From Blastocladiella emersonii ATCC 22665 (Eukaryota > Fungi > Blastocladiomycota): 64,000 nt of DNA. The stretch is from the NCBI GenBank assembly GCA_025594325.1, contig JANHCV010000003.1:62001-126000 (forward strand). Reading direction: 5' to 3'. The position numbers were made by a program, and so were the translations under genes. The notes below the pieces were generated by a model. The model was not told the DNA's origin. It saw only the letters and a list, made by a program, of their open reading frames with translations, and did no database searches. Below are positions 24,850-37,476 of the stretch, one piece after another (position 1 is the stretch's first letter; the number at the start of each line of letters is the position of its first letter).

Positions 24850-26490
24850 CTCGTTACCGGCGCGCCGCGGCCGCCCTGTCGGTACCCGGCCGTGGACCTG
24901 AGCGCGAGCCCGAGCGGCTCGGGACCACCGCCGCCCCCATGGCCGGCCGGCGCCACCGCGGCGTGACTCGACGGAGGCGAGGAGCTTCTTGAGGACGATA
25001 ACCTTGCGGACAAGGACCGAGTAGTACACACCCACGGGCCACGGGCGCATCGCGCGTCAGCCACCGGGTCCACGAACACCATCCCACCCGTGAGACGTAC
25101 CGGCTACTGGTCGACGGCGCGCTCCTCGCGCGTCAGGTCCTGGATGAAGCTCGAGGGCAGGCTGCGTCGACGGGCGCGCCTGGTACCGGCCGCTGCGGAA
25201 CTGCCACGACAGGTAGCTGTTGCGCCCGAGGAAGACGGACGGTTCGGGCGAGGCCTGGCCGAGCGCGGGGAGCTTGGACGACGCGGCCGCGGCACGCATG
25301 GTCGAGATGGCGGGCGTCGGCGTCGGAGTCGAGGCCGACGCGGGCTTGGTGGCCGACGCGCTCGAGGGGCGGCGCAGGGCGGGTTCTGCCTGCTGCTGCT
25401 GAGACGAGGGCGCAGCAACGCGCGGCGGGACGGGCGGCGGGACGGGTGCCGCTTCCTCGGCGGCGGCCATGCTGGCGGCCGTCATGAAGGCAGCGGGCTC
25501 GAGGTCAGCGCGCGGCGGCGGCGGGAAGTCGTCAGAGGAACGCAACATAGGCGACGACGGCGCGTTGGACTCGGTGCTCGTCGACAGCGGGCTCGAGTCG
25601 CCCTGGAGCTCGGCGAACGACTATGCGGGACGCACGCGAGGGGGAGGTCAGTAATCCGCGTCCGTCGCACCACCACTATCGCCCACGCGCGAACGCACCT
25701 TGCCGGCCGTCGACTCGGGACTGAACGGCGCCGACATGATGGGGCTGTCCAGCTTCCCCTCCTCGTGGCCCTCGCCCTCGCGGTACCCGTGCTCGTCGCG
25801 CTCGACCTGCTGCACCGCGTCGAGGAACTGGTCGATGAGCGGCGGCGGGGTGCGCGCGAGCACGTGCTGGCCCGTGGCCTCGGCGACCTCGACCGCGTGG
25901 TCGTGCTGCGCGAGCTGACCGTCGTCGTTGGCGCCAATGGCCGCGCCCACCGGGTACGCGGTAATCGAGTCACCGCCGCCTGCGGTCGACGGGCGCGAGG
26001 ACGACGAGGTGACCGAGTACGTCGCACCCGTGGTGCCCGGCTCGGCCGTCGTTGGCCGCGAGTACGCCCCGGTGCCGCTGCCGCCGCCCGACTCGGCCGT
26101 CGCGGTGCGCGACCCGACCGTCATCGGCGCGGGTGCGGGGCGCGGGCGGTCGAGCTCAAGGAACGGGTGAACGAGCGGCGGCGGGCTCGGGTTCGGGCTG
26201 CGACTGCGAGACCTTGCTGGCGCTCAGTCGTCTTGATGGTGGTTACGCTGCGCGAGCCATCCCTCGGTGTCGGGGCCCATGGCGGCGGCGACGAACTCGG
26301 CCGTCGCGACCCGCGGTCCCGCCAGTACCCGTTCAGGCGGCGGGAACGGCTGGTTGCGCTCGACGAGCGGGGAGTTGGGGTGGCAGCCGCGACCGCGATC
26401 GCGACACAATGGGTGACGGCCACAGCTGAGCACGCGTGCGCGGTCGAGGTGGAGACCCAGGGTACGAGTGAGTTCGCGCTCGCGCGTCAA
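24850..26490 (-). pseudogene. Low-complexity multi-exon gene with apparent disablements
   Basis: GC3-biased exons are linked by GT..CTGAC..AG introns (e.g. ~25621-25698). A frame switch occurs near 25170 and an in-frame TAG sits in GAC CAG TAG CCG before an exon encoding VLVRKVIVLKKLLASVE. Confidence 0.4.
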
Positions 26491-27097
26491 AGAGGAACAG
26501 TAGCACGCCCGCGTTGCGGATCTCTTCCCAGGTCGTGCCCCGAGCCGGGGACCGTGGCGGACAGCAGCCCGCTGAAGTCACGGAATCGCAGCACGGTTCG
26601 CATGAGCGGGTCGTGGGCCGTGGTGATGGCCGAAGCAGAGGCGGCTCCGCCAACGGACGTGCGGCGGGGAACCGGTGGCGTGCACGGAACCGATCAGGTC
26701 CCAGCCAAGCTTGGACGGCGGGTGCTTGCGCTTGAAGCGTGGCAAACGTCACGTTGCAATAGGATTCATGCGCTTCATTGTTCAAATATTCGTGGTTGGG
26801 GGAGAGCAGGAGGGAGGGCGGCGCCGCCTCACTTTGGTCGTCACCGCCGCCGGAGCTCTCTGAGCGCGTGTGTGGCGCACCGCGTCCTCGTTCGCGCCGA
26901 GATCTCAGCAGTCGGTCATCAGCATGGGTTTGGATGAGCCTCGGTCATGCGCCTGTTCGGCGCTGAGGTCCCGAAGGTCGCGAGCGGGAGCAGTCGAGAG
27001 GTCCGACTCTAGCACACATCGATCTCTTCAAGGTTACTTTCGAGGCGCTATAGAATCGAGATGGAGAACAATACATGTACATCAAACAAAACAAAAA

Positions 27098-29162
27098 CTA
27101 CTCGCAGACGTCCCACTCCTGGTTCGAGCGGCCAATATGCTGGATCAGGCAGTACATGCCGATGATCTCGTTGCGCTGCTCGTCCGTGATGGTGGCCCAC
27201 GACTTGCAGTGCACCGCGGGGCATTTCGGGAGCTTCTTGCCCTTGCGGAGCGGCCGCGGCGCCGGCTTCCGGTACGGCGCGGCCCGCGCGAGGTGCAGCA
27301 GGGCCATGGCCGCGAGCTCGCGCGACGTCTTGTCCGGGTCGTTGCCGAGCGCCTCGGCCTTGTCGCTGAGCACGTCCTCGAGCCGCGCCACGTACTGCAG
27401 GTACGCCGCCGCCGACGCCGCCCGCGTCGTGTTCTTGAACAGCGCCGGGAACAGCGCGTGCAGCTCCTCGTCGAGCGCCACGGCCTGGTCGGCGATACGG
27501 TCGCACAGCTCGTCCGAGTACCGCTCGCGGATCGCGTGCTTCTTGGGCACCCGCAGCGACGTCTCGAACATGAGCGCGTAGTCGGCGCGCAGGTCCGGGT
27601 ACACCTGCATCACGGCGCCGACGCGCGCCACGGCCTTGCGGGTGACGGCCGCCTTGCCGTTGCGCGGGTTCATGAGGTACCCGCCCATGAGGTCGACCAG
27701 CGACCCGGGCGCGTCGCGCTTGATGCACGTCATGAGCTGGAAGTGCGTCGAACCGAGGTTGCGGACGAGGGCGCGCCCGGGTCCGTGGAAGTTGGCCGCC
27801 TCGTCCGCGTCAATGTAGTCCGGGCGCTCGCCGACGACGCCGTTCGGGCTCGCCAGCGCGTCGCCGTGGTCGGCCAGGTAGGTGAGCAGCTGCGCGGTCT
27901 TGTTCACCTCGGGCTCGGGCGGCTGGACCGCGTCGATGGCCCGGCGCGTTGCGCGCTTGATCGACCGAACCGACTTGCGCGCGGCACGGTCGGCCGACTG
28001 CACGGCGCGGCCCAGCGCCGCCACGATGCCGGTCTTGACCTCGACCGGCTTGATGAATGAGGGGGTGATGGTGGGAACCTGAGCGAGAACGTGCGCGCGT
28101 GGGTCAGGACGTGTTCGGGTCGAGTCCGCGGACCGCGGTGACGTACCTTGTGCAGGACAGGGCCGCAAGCTTCCTTGTTGGAGAACAGGGAGGATGCGAA
28201 TGACGATGAGGAGGGGGCAGCCGGGGCCGCCTTGGGAGGCTACACGATGGCGCACACTAAGGTCAGCAAATGCGTGTCTGCCGGCTTGACGATGCGTTGG
28301 GAAGAACGTACCACGGACGGGTTGACCCGCGAGCCGGACGATGGCGACTGCGACGGAGCCGTCAAGGCCGGCGAGGGGGCAGGCGAGGGAGGAGAGTCAT
28401 GAACGGCCTACACGAGGGAACATGGGGTCAGATCACGGTCGGGCGGAACACACGGTGCCGGAAGAAACGTACGCCGGAGCAGTCGAGCTGCGAGGCCGAG
28501 GAGGAGGATGAGGTGTAGGAGACCCATGATGAGGACGAGGAGGAGGCGACCTCGGGAGGCTATACGGCGTGGCGCGGAGTTCGTAGTCAATACAAGTCTG
28601 CGCCGGACACACAGAGCTCGAGAAAACGTACTCCGGAGTTGAGCCGCGAGTCGGAGGATGAACGTGATGACGAGGCGGTGGAAGAAGACGACGCCGCCGG
28701 CGCGAATTTGTCGAGGAGCGGGGCCGCACTCGTCCCGATCGGGCCCGCCACCGTGTGCGCAAGAATAAGAGGCTCGGACGGTCCGTTGGTGGCAGAGCCA
28801 GCATACGGCCCGAAGAACGGCTTCTCGCCGATCTGGACAGCGGTGGCGGGGCGGGTCGGGATCGAGGCGGGGATAGTCGTCAAGGTAGTGGTCGACGAGG
28901 TGGCGAGGGCCTTGGTGACGGCCAACGGGATGACGGCCTTGGTGTTGGTGCCCGAGGCGGGCAGGACGGAAGCGACCGAGGAAGTCGAGATGAGCGACGC
29001 GGCCGAGAGCGCCTTGACAATGTCCTTGACGCGGGACGTCGAGGGCGCCGAGCAGCGGGCCGACGCCGACGAGATACTGGCCGAGGAGCTCGAGGCCGAG
29101 AGCTTCTCGAAGATGTAGCACGCGCTGGCGACGCGGCCGGGGACAATGACCTCGGTGAACAT
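27098..29162 (-). CDS. Uncharacterised 'family X' protein, paralog 3 (~595 aa, 5 coding exons)
   Basis: Introns 28560-28631, 28408-28472, 28240-28311 and 28079-28146 are all GTACGT...YAG and phase 0. They join a Ser/Ala/Thr-rich N-terminus (MFTEVIVPG...) to the shared C-terminal domain. A further intron (29204-29261) is probably in the 5' UTR. Confidence 0.8.
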
Positions 29163-32100
29163 GATGAACACGAGGCCGTAGGAGCGCGCGGGTCGAATGC
29201 AGTCTACAAGCCTGGATGTGAGCATGACCACGGATCGCAACAGCACAGCGGTTGAGCGTACATCGGAATGGACGACTGGCCGAGAGCAATGCCGGTCGAT
29301 GATGGAGGAGGTGCAGCAGCGGGAGGCAAAGTCGACGATGAGGGTCGTCGAGTCGGGATCCGGATCAGGTCGAGCCGTGCGGGTCGAAGAGGTCGGGCGA
29401 GTTGGGGAAGGCCGAGTCGTCGACACGGAGCACAGCGGGTGAGCGAGCGGGTGGGGATGCCGAGGTCTGCTTGCAGGTGTTGAGGACGATCGAGATGTCG
29501 TCTTCGAGGGGTTCCGTCAGGTATGATACTGTTGTGGATCGAGCCGAACGAGTTGGGTCAAGCGAGGGAGGGACGGGAGCGGGGGGTGGGCGAGGCCGTC
29601 ATGTATCCCGGCCCCGCCCAGCGGGCCCGTTGCACGGACTTTTGACTGCCATCAAGCCCGATCCGGCGGTGAGTGACTGACGGGCGAGAAGCAGGACGAG
29701 TGTTGGGCGACCGCTGAACGACTGTCTTGTCTGTCTCGCACCGAACACCTGACCGGTTGCGAAGCGCTCGGCCCACCTCGTGAATTATGACCTACGATAT
29801 GTCCCAATCACGCCCGAACATGATGCAACTGTCGTAAGAGAGTCGACTCGATGGCCGCGATGCAGGCAGGGAGCCGTCGAAGACATCATGCGACGCCGCA
29901 CCCGCGACGCTCGCTCTCAAGGACGGTCCCGCGAAACGCGGTCTCGCACGAGAGCATGGCTAGCCGTTTCACGAAAGCGCGCGCAAAGTAGCTCAGGGCG
30001 ACCTTGGCATGACGCGAGTCATGGGTCGACTGGGTTACGAGTCGCCGCCAGAGCGATGGCGGTGAGAGGGCGGGCCGAAGCAGGTCCCGCTTTCACAATC
30101 CTCGCGCACGATTCAAATGGAGACATTCGTGCTGCCTGACAGAGGAGGCGACGGTTCAGGATCAATGGAGAGTACGCGGACGCGCGTGTATGAGCGGGTC
30201 ATCGAGGCGGGAGGGGTTTCTTCGAGACGGGAAGGTTGAACGAGCAGTTCGGATCGTCATTGAACTCTAGGAGAAACAGCTCTTGCGGGCCCGCGCCACC
30301 GGCGTGGGATGTCAGCGGCGACGAGTCGGCGGAGGGGGTGGAGGGGGGTCGACGGGGCGGTTCCTGCAGTTGATCCGTGGTGATTTCATCCAGTTGATCC
30401 ACGCTACATGGTGACGAACGATTAGATCAGCGAGAGAAGTGTGAGCGGGATTTCGTCGATTGCGCCGGGGACCGCGTGCGCGCGTCGACGCGTTGCACAC
30501 GCACCCGTGCACGCCGCATGCGCGTGGCGCCGCCACGGGGTCAGCAACGCGCCGCTCCGCTCGCTAGGACCTCCACCCGCGGCTGTACGACGCCCGGAGC
30601 CGCTCGGGCCCGCTGACTCGGTGCATCTACGCAGTCCAACGTCAGTGGTTCTGCTTTCCCGATGAGGCGGCGGGCGTGCACCCGACGGGTTGTGCGACGC
30701 ACGAGTTCCCGAGGGCGGATGCGCGACTACCGCCAGACCCCGGTGCGAGGACTACCCGCAAGTGTCTCGAGGAGCGCTACTAAACGTGCCGTCGAGAAGT
30801 TTGTGCGGTACTGAAGCAGCGGTCAGCTTGCCGCACCCCCACCTTGGCTCCCTTCACGGCCATGTTAGCCGAGTTACACCGATGCGTGTCCCGCAACGTA
30901 ACGCGGTTCGGGAGATCCGAGGTGCGTTTTAAAGTGCGGAGAACATCATTGGGAGGCTCTCTCGCGCTCGGGAACGGCCCAGCACTGATCTGGTCCGTGA
31001 TGAACTCGCGCGGGTACCGGGATCCCGCCCGGGCCCGATTATGCTCAGGATGATGGCCAAGATGCATGGAGTTGATTGCATGAAGATACAGTTACATTCG
31101 CGAGTGTGGGGAGTGGTTTGGAGGATGGAGTCGGCCGGGGAGGAGAGCGGCGATGAGCGGCGCGTTGGCCACCGCCCCACCTCGGTCACCGTCCGAGTCA
31201 CCGCGGCCGCTGGCCACAAGAACCTCACAACGCGTAAATCGCAGTATGGACATGAAAACAGTGCATCAGACTGTCATCAATGGTCTCTAACGAAGCAAAC
31301 AGTCCATGTTTAAGCGGCCCGGAACCGCAGCCGCTGCTGCGGTCTTGCCCGCGAGTAGGTCCACGCGTTGGCGAGCGGGAACAACTCACGGTGAGGGTGT
31401 AGACCACTGCTCAGCACACTGTGGCCCCTGACCTCGGGTGCAGCCGCAGCAGATCCGCAAGCTCGTCGATCACCACGGCGACCACGAGTGCCCGAGTGAG
31501 AGTACACGGCACTGTTGGCCTCGTCTGTCGTGTCAAAAGACGGAGTGAAAGCGAGTTACTCGGCCATGAGGAGCGTCATCTGCGCGAGGCGGTGCACGGC
31601 GTCGTGAGCTCGGGCGGCAAACGTGCGCAGGCCCGACATGCAGGAGCGCACCGACGATGGACGCGGCCGACCGAGGATAAGGTAGCGGCATGAGGGCCCG
31701 TAGACGTTGCATGGAGTGGGGACGGGTTCATGGGCTGCATCCGTTGCGTCGAGGGTGGAGAGAGGAGAGGGGAGAAGCGGTCGGTCACGCCGCATGAGCG
31801 CCGCGCCGTGTCGGGTCGCGAGCGGAGCATTAGCAACGTACTCGCGAGGAGGAAGGCACGGAAGTGGACATCAAAGTAGCAACGCAGTCCCCACAGGGGA
31901 TACGGATCAAGGAGCCCGTCAGCGCCCAACGACCACGGAACGGTCGCGAGCAGCTGTCGACGGATACCGAGAGAGCTGCAGTGGGGGAGTACCAGTCGTC
32001 AGTACAGTACCACGGGAGACCGCTCCGCCGGATTCCGGCTTGTGGCGGTATCAGCATCTGCCCCGACTACGCGTATCGGTTTGCTTCCGCTGCGCAAGCT

Positions 32101-33091
32101 CCGCTGCCCGCAACAGCTTCCACGGCAGGAGTCCCGCCAGCGGTCGGCCCCTCGCGGGCACGTCGCGTGCTAGTAGGTCTCGTCGGGTACGACGCGTGCG
32201 CGCATGGCATGGCGTGAGATACGTCCTCGTAGCGCCCGGTGCCCTCCTGTGGCGGGAGACCGCGCGCAGGCAGCGGAGCCCGCGCACGGCCCGCCCGCGA
32301 CGTCGATGCCCAGGACCCGGGACTCCACCCGACCCGGAGGTCGCGTGGTGGACCCACGTCAGCTCCGACGGAGTATCGTGTGCTGGAAAAGGTCCACCGG
32401 CAGGCCGCAGTCGGCAGGGACAGGCGAGGCACCAGACACCGTGTGATCGGTTGTTGCGCGAGGGATAGTGATACATGGCGGAAAAGCGAAGCTGTGCGGG
32501 GAGAGCGAGAGGGCGGGCGGGGCACGGCCGCGGTTTTATAGGCCTGGAGCAGGCGAGGTGCAAGTGCCGCGATCCGTCTTCCCGCTCGACGCGTCGCGGA
32601 GTTCAGTGTCTCGCGTGTCTCGCACGTCACCTGACCGACGCGTCGCGCGCTGCGCCACAGCAAAAGCGCCGAAAACGGCATCCGAGCGCCAAGAAAGGCG
32701 TCCCGGCGCGCCCGATGCCTTGCATCAAGTCCGAGAAGCCGTCGGATCCGCTCGAACAGCGAGGTCCGCCCGACTCCGCGTGGAACCGAGTCGCGAGCGA
32801 AATCGCGTTGACGTACGTGGCGGCGACGGGCTCTGATGCGCGACGCGTCGCTCTAGAGCTGGCTCACGAAAGCCTTTCTCAGCAGTTGCGTAAAGGTCCG
32901 ACGACGGTCGCACCTCGCGGGATCAGAGCCAGACTGCAGTGCGGCTGACGGCGGGACTAGCCAAAGCGTTGCAGGTGCTCATACGGGGCCCGAAGTGGTC
33001 GTTCAACGTCTCAACGAGCCAGCGATAGTCGTCATGCAAGATGTGTGTGTATCTCGGTCTCTCGACCATCCAAAATCTCGGCCCACACCGG

Positions 33092-35586
33092 TTACAGCTC
33101 GTCGTGGGCAGCCTCCTCGTCCTCGTCGTCGGCCTTGGCCTCCGCCTTCTTCTTGGCCGGCGCCTCGACGACGGGGGCCTCCTTGACGTCGACCTTCGCC
33201 TTGGCGTCGAGGTCGACCTTGAGCCCGAGGCGGACAGCGGTCTCGATGCGGCGGGCGATCCCGTCGAGATCCTTGATCGGGTACCCGCCCTTGATCCAGG
33301 CGAGGTCGAGGAGGGAGCGTGCGAGGTCGCGGGTATCGTCGTTATCGGCGGCGTCGTCCTCGACACGCTCGAGCAGCGCGCGCATGACGGGGTGGTTTGG
33401 GTTGATCTCGAGCGTCTTCTTCTGGCGCGCGAAGTGCTCGTACATGAAGGCGCCGGGGGAGTTGGCGAGCGCGGCCTTCTGCGCCTCCATGATCTCCTGC
33501 ATGCGGCCGGTCCACCCGCCCTCGGCGGCGATAAGCGCGCACGGCGTCGTCGTCAGCCGGTTCGAGACGAGCGTCTTGTCGACCGTGTCCTTGAACTGCT
33601 CCGTCAGCCACGTCGTCAGCGGCTGGAACTCGTCCGCGAGCTCCTTCTCGGCCGACTTGGCCGCGTCGTCTACGCGTGGGAGAGCCGCAAAGTCAGTCAC
33701 GAATTCGTGATCAAGATGAAAGGCGAGAGAAACGTACCCTCGTCGCCGAAGGTGAGCTTGCCCTTGCCGACGTTGATGAGCTTGACGCCGTCAAACTCGG
33801 TGACGCTCTGGGTCACGTACTCGTCGAGCGACTCGTCCATGAGGAGCACCTCGTACCCCCGGGTCGTCAGGGCCTCGAGGTACGGCGACTTGCGCATCTG
33901 GTCGAGGTCGTTGCCAGTCAGGAAGTAGATGCCCTGCTGGCCCTTACGCATACGCTCGACGTAGTCGTCGAGCGACGTCATGTAGGTGCGGCCGTCGTCG
34001 GCGACGGGGGCGCCCGTCGAGTGGAACCGGAGCAGCTGCGTCAGCTTCTTGGCGTTGCGCGTGTCCTCGAGGATCCCCGCCTTGAGGTTGGACGCGTACG
34101 CCTTGTACAGAGGCTCATACGACGTGGCGTTGCGGGCCAGGGTCTTGAACATCTGCAGCGTCTTGGACACGACCTTGTTCTTGATCACCTTGAGCAGGCG
34201 CGTCTGCTGGACCGTCTCGCGCGACACGTTGAGCGGGAAGTCGTCGCTGTCGATGACGCCCTTGATGAAGCTGAGGTAGCGCGGCAGGAAGTCGATGAGC
34301 TCGTCGGTGATGAAGACACGGCGCACAAACAGCTTGATGTTGCGGATGAACGACTGCGGGTCGGCCTGGAACATGTTGTTGGGCGGGCGGCGCGGGATGA
34401 ACAGCAGCGACTTGAAGTCGGACCCGCCCTCGCCCTTGAAGTGGATGTGCGCGGCCGGGTCGTCGGCGTCGTTGAAGTAGGCCTTGAAAAAGGCGTTGTA
34501 GTCCTCGGTCGGCACGTCGGCGGCGGACCGAAGCCAGATGGGCTTGTTGACGTTGACCTGCTCCCAGTCGACCACCTCCTCGCTCACCGTCTTGGCCTTC
34601 TTGTCGCCGGCGGCGTCGGCCTTGGCGGCGTCGGGCGCGTCCTCGACGACCATCTCGTCGTCGACGGGCTTGTCCTCCTTGGCCTCCTCGTCCTTCTTCT
34701 CGGCGGCGTCGGCGGCGTCGGCGGCGGGGGTCTCGGGCTCCTCGGCCTCGACCTCGACGGTCTTGGTGGTGCGGAGGTAGATGGGGAACTGGACAAACTC
34801 GGAGTACTTTTTCACGAGCTCGCGGAGCTTGGTCTGGTCGAGGAACTCGGTGGCGTCGTCCTTGAGGTGGAGGCGGATGCGGGTGCCGCGGCCGAGCGTG
34901 TTGCCGCTCGGGTCCTCGGCGAGGGTGAACTTGGAGGCGTCGGTCGACTCCCAGACGTGCTGGACGGGGTCGCTCGGGTGCTTGGAGATGACCTGGACGC
35001 GGTCGGCGACGAGGAAGGCCGAGTAGAAGCCGACGCCGAACTGGCCGATCAGGCCCAGCTCGTCCTTGTTCTTCTCGACGGCCGAGATGAAGTCGGCGGT
35101 GCCCGACTTGGCGATGGTGCCGAGGTTCTTCTTGAGCTCGGCCTTGGTCATGCCGATGCCCGAGTCCTGGATCGTCAGCCACCGTGACGCCGGGTCGGCC
35201 TCGATGGTGATGTTGAGGTACGCGTTGTCCTGCAGCACCGCCTTGTCGGTGATGCCGAGGAACCGCACCTTGTCGACGGCGTCGGACGCATTGGAGATGA
35301 GCTCGCGGAGGAAGATCTCTGTTGAAGTCGGCAGAAGTGGTTAGCTCCGCTCGGAGGGCTCGCGGCAGATCGGGAACGGACCCTTGGTCTTGTACAGGCT
35401 GTTGATGATGATGTTCATGACGCGCGAGACCTCGGTCTGGAACGCAAACTCCTCGGCGCCGGCCTCGGTCGCGGGCGGCGGGACATCGCTCGCGGACGCG
35501 GAGAGCGCCGACACGAGGAACAGCGCGACGAGGGCAAGCAGCAGCTTGCGCGGGTTGCCCGCGGTGCGGCGGCGGCGGTGCTTCAT
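33092..35586 (-). CDS. HSP90B1: Endoplasmin / GRP94 (ER Hsp90), introns 35319-35381 and 33670-33737
   Basis: Signal peptide, FQTEVSRVMNIIINSLY, EIFLRELISNASDA, DSGIGMT, LGTIAKSGT, IGQFGVGFYSAF, KPIW, FIKGVIDSDDFPLNVSRE, LEINPNHP and C-terminal HDEL. Confidence 0.97.
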
Positions 35587-35934
35587 GGTTGCCAGATGTG
35601 TTGTGGACGCAGCGAGCGAGGGGGAGGGGAGAGGGAGGAGAAGAAGGGACGCCCGCAGCGACTGACGCCCACGCCGCAGGCGCCCACACGCAAACCGCCG
35701 ATCGCCGGCGAAGAAACCACACGCGCGACTTTGACGTGGCGCGCCTCACCTCACGTGCCCCGTTCGACGCGCTTCTGAACACCCACTGTCTCGCGCGCCG
35801 TCCCGCAAATCACTCGCACATAATCCAGACCTCGATGAAGCAACGCGGATGCATGATTTAGACGTAATCAGGCCGCCTCCCGAGCCGGCCGACCCGATCC
35901 TCCCTCGGCGACTCGGTATCCATCCACCCTAACC

Positions 35935-36345
35935 TTTACCGGGCGCCGGCGTAAGCGCCGCAGCCGCCGTTGGAGCCGCCGCCGTGGTGATCTTGCGCAG
36001 GCAGCACTTGCACTTGGTGCTGCGGGCGAGCGTGCTCGGGACCGCCGTGGGAAAGACCGAGTTGACAGGCGCCGCCGCGTTGAGATCACGCTCAACACCT
36101 GCCCGTTGCCGGCGACGTAGTCGTGGTGGCGAACGGCGTGATCGGCTGCACGGGGGTGGGGATCAGCGTGGGCTGGACCGTGTAAGCGGCCGACGACGCC
36201 GACGTGGGGATCGGGGTCGAGGCGGACTGTGAGACTGACGACGACAAGGGCAGAGGAGACGAACGACACGGCAGGGTCGCGGGAGTAAGCGGGCCGTACG
36301 TCGGGAGGGGTGACGCGGACGAAGCCGGCGTGCTGCCGCCGGATC
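35935..36345 (-). pseudogene. Decayed inverted copy of the Pro/Thr-rich 3' half of the CAP gene (48243-48804)
   Basis: Reads GGSTPA..PTYGP..STPIxTS..PVQPIT..GNGQVxSVI..ARSTKxKC..RK..APTPAPGKG with frameshifts. No CAP domain was seen upstream. Confidence 0.75.
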
Positions 36346-37450
36346 CCACCGGGAAACCTCAGAAGCGCGATCAGCGAAAAAGACCATGGTCGTGCAGGAC
36401 GCGCCCGGTGGACGACGACGCCTTGCGAATGAGCGAGCGGATGATGATTTGCGGGCGTGCACGATCCCCGACAACCCTGCGGCTCCCCTACACTCGTTCA
36501 AAGTGTGGAAGGGCCGGAGATTGGGATGAGAGAGGGAGATCAGGTCCCGGGAAGCCAGTCTGTCGCCAAACTCGTACCGCAAGAATCGAGCGAGCCAAAC
36601 GGGCGCCCGAGTCGAAATCAACGCATCCAAACGTACCGGACCTTACCGGACCGCCAATCTGTCCTCGGACCAGCGGCGCGACTGTTGAGAATCGTGTTCG
36701 TGGAGCCGAACGAACACCGACGCCCGGTCCCATGCCGCCACCGCCCGCTGGATGGAGCGGAGTAGGAGAAGATGGGTGGGGAACACTACTACTTGCGAGT
36801 ACGCCCGTCGCTGGGTCAGTGAAGGGTGGGTGAGCAGCGTGCAAGCGGGTACCCCACGAGCCGCGGAGGGGAGGTCGTCGAGCGAGCGGCAGAACCCCTC
36901 CCTTCTCCACTCGTGGGCCGCCCAGCAAGAAAGAGGGTGTGGGCCGTACCCACACGGCGCGGGCGGGAAGTGCCAAGAATGACCTAGCCGGTGGAAAATA
37001 CAAGTTAGCACGGGTCATTCCGTGTTTGGCGAGGAGCGGGGACCGGTGGCGGAGACGTAAACGCACCACGCTGCAGGTCATCGTCGTTTTCGTTCTGGAA
37101 TTGCCGAGAGATCCCGCCGGTGCGGCCCTCCTTGAACAACCAATCGGTCAACCCGCGCGCATGCTGCTGTCGGTCGAGCCGCTCGACCGAGTTAGCTGGA
37201 GGGATGATCGTTGCGTGAGTGAGCGGCACCGCGGCACAGTTCCGGATATATGTGTCCTGCGTTGAGAGGCTGGGCGCGCCGCGGGGGCAAAATTTTCGAG
37301 GAGGAAAATGGGCGCCGTGTCGTATGTGAAGGCGAGCGAGATCGGCCGACTCGCGCGTCTCGATTGGCCGCTGGCTGCAGGCTCGGTCTAGGTCCGCCGA
37401 CATGAGCAGCAGTAGCACACGGTTCGCGAGCGCGCGCACAACAGAAACCA

Positions 37451-37476
37451 GCAAGCAAGCAAGCAAGCAAGCAAGC
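37451..37476 (+). repeat. (GCAA)6 microsatellite
   Basis: gcaagcaagcaagcaagcaagcaagc. Confidence 0.95.

Noticed and set aside
30700-30900. Faint resemblance to Ty3/gypsy RNase H
   Set aside because: Catalytic motifs are absent and there is no RT, integrase or LTR nearby.
2529-31891. Exact 14-mer AAAGTAGCAACGCA shared by 2529 and 31878
   Set aside because: Several chance 14-mer matches are expected in 64 kb, and the flanks do not extend.
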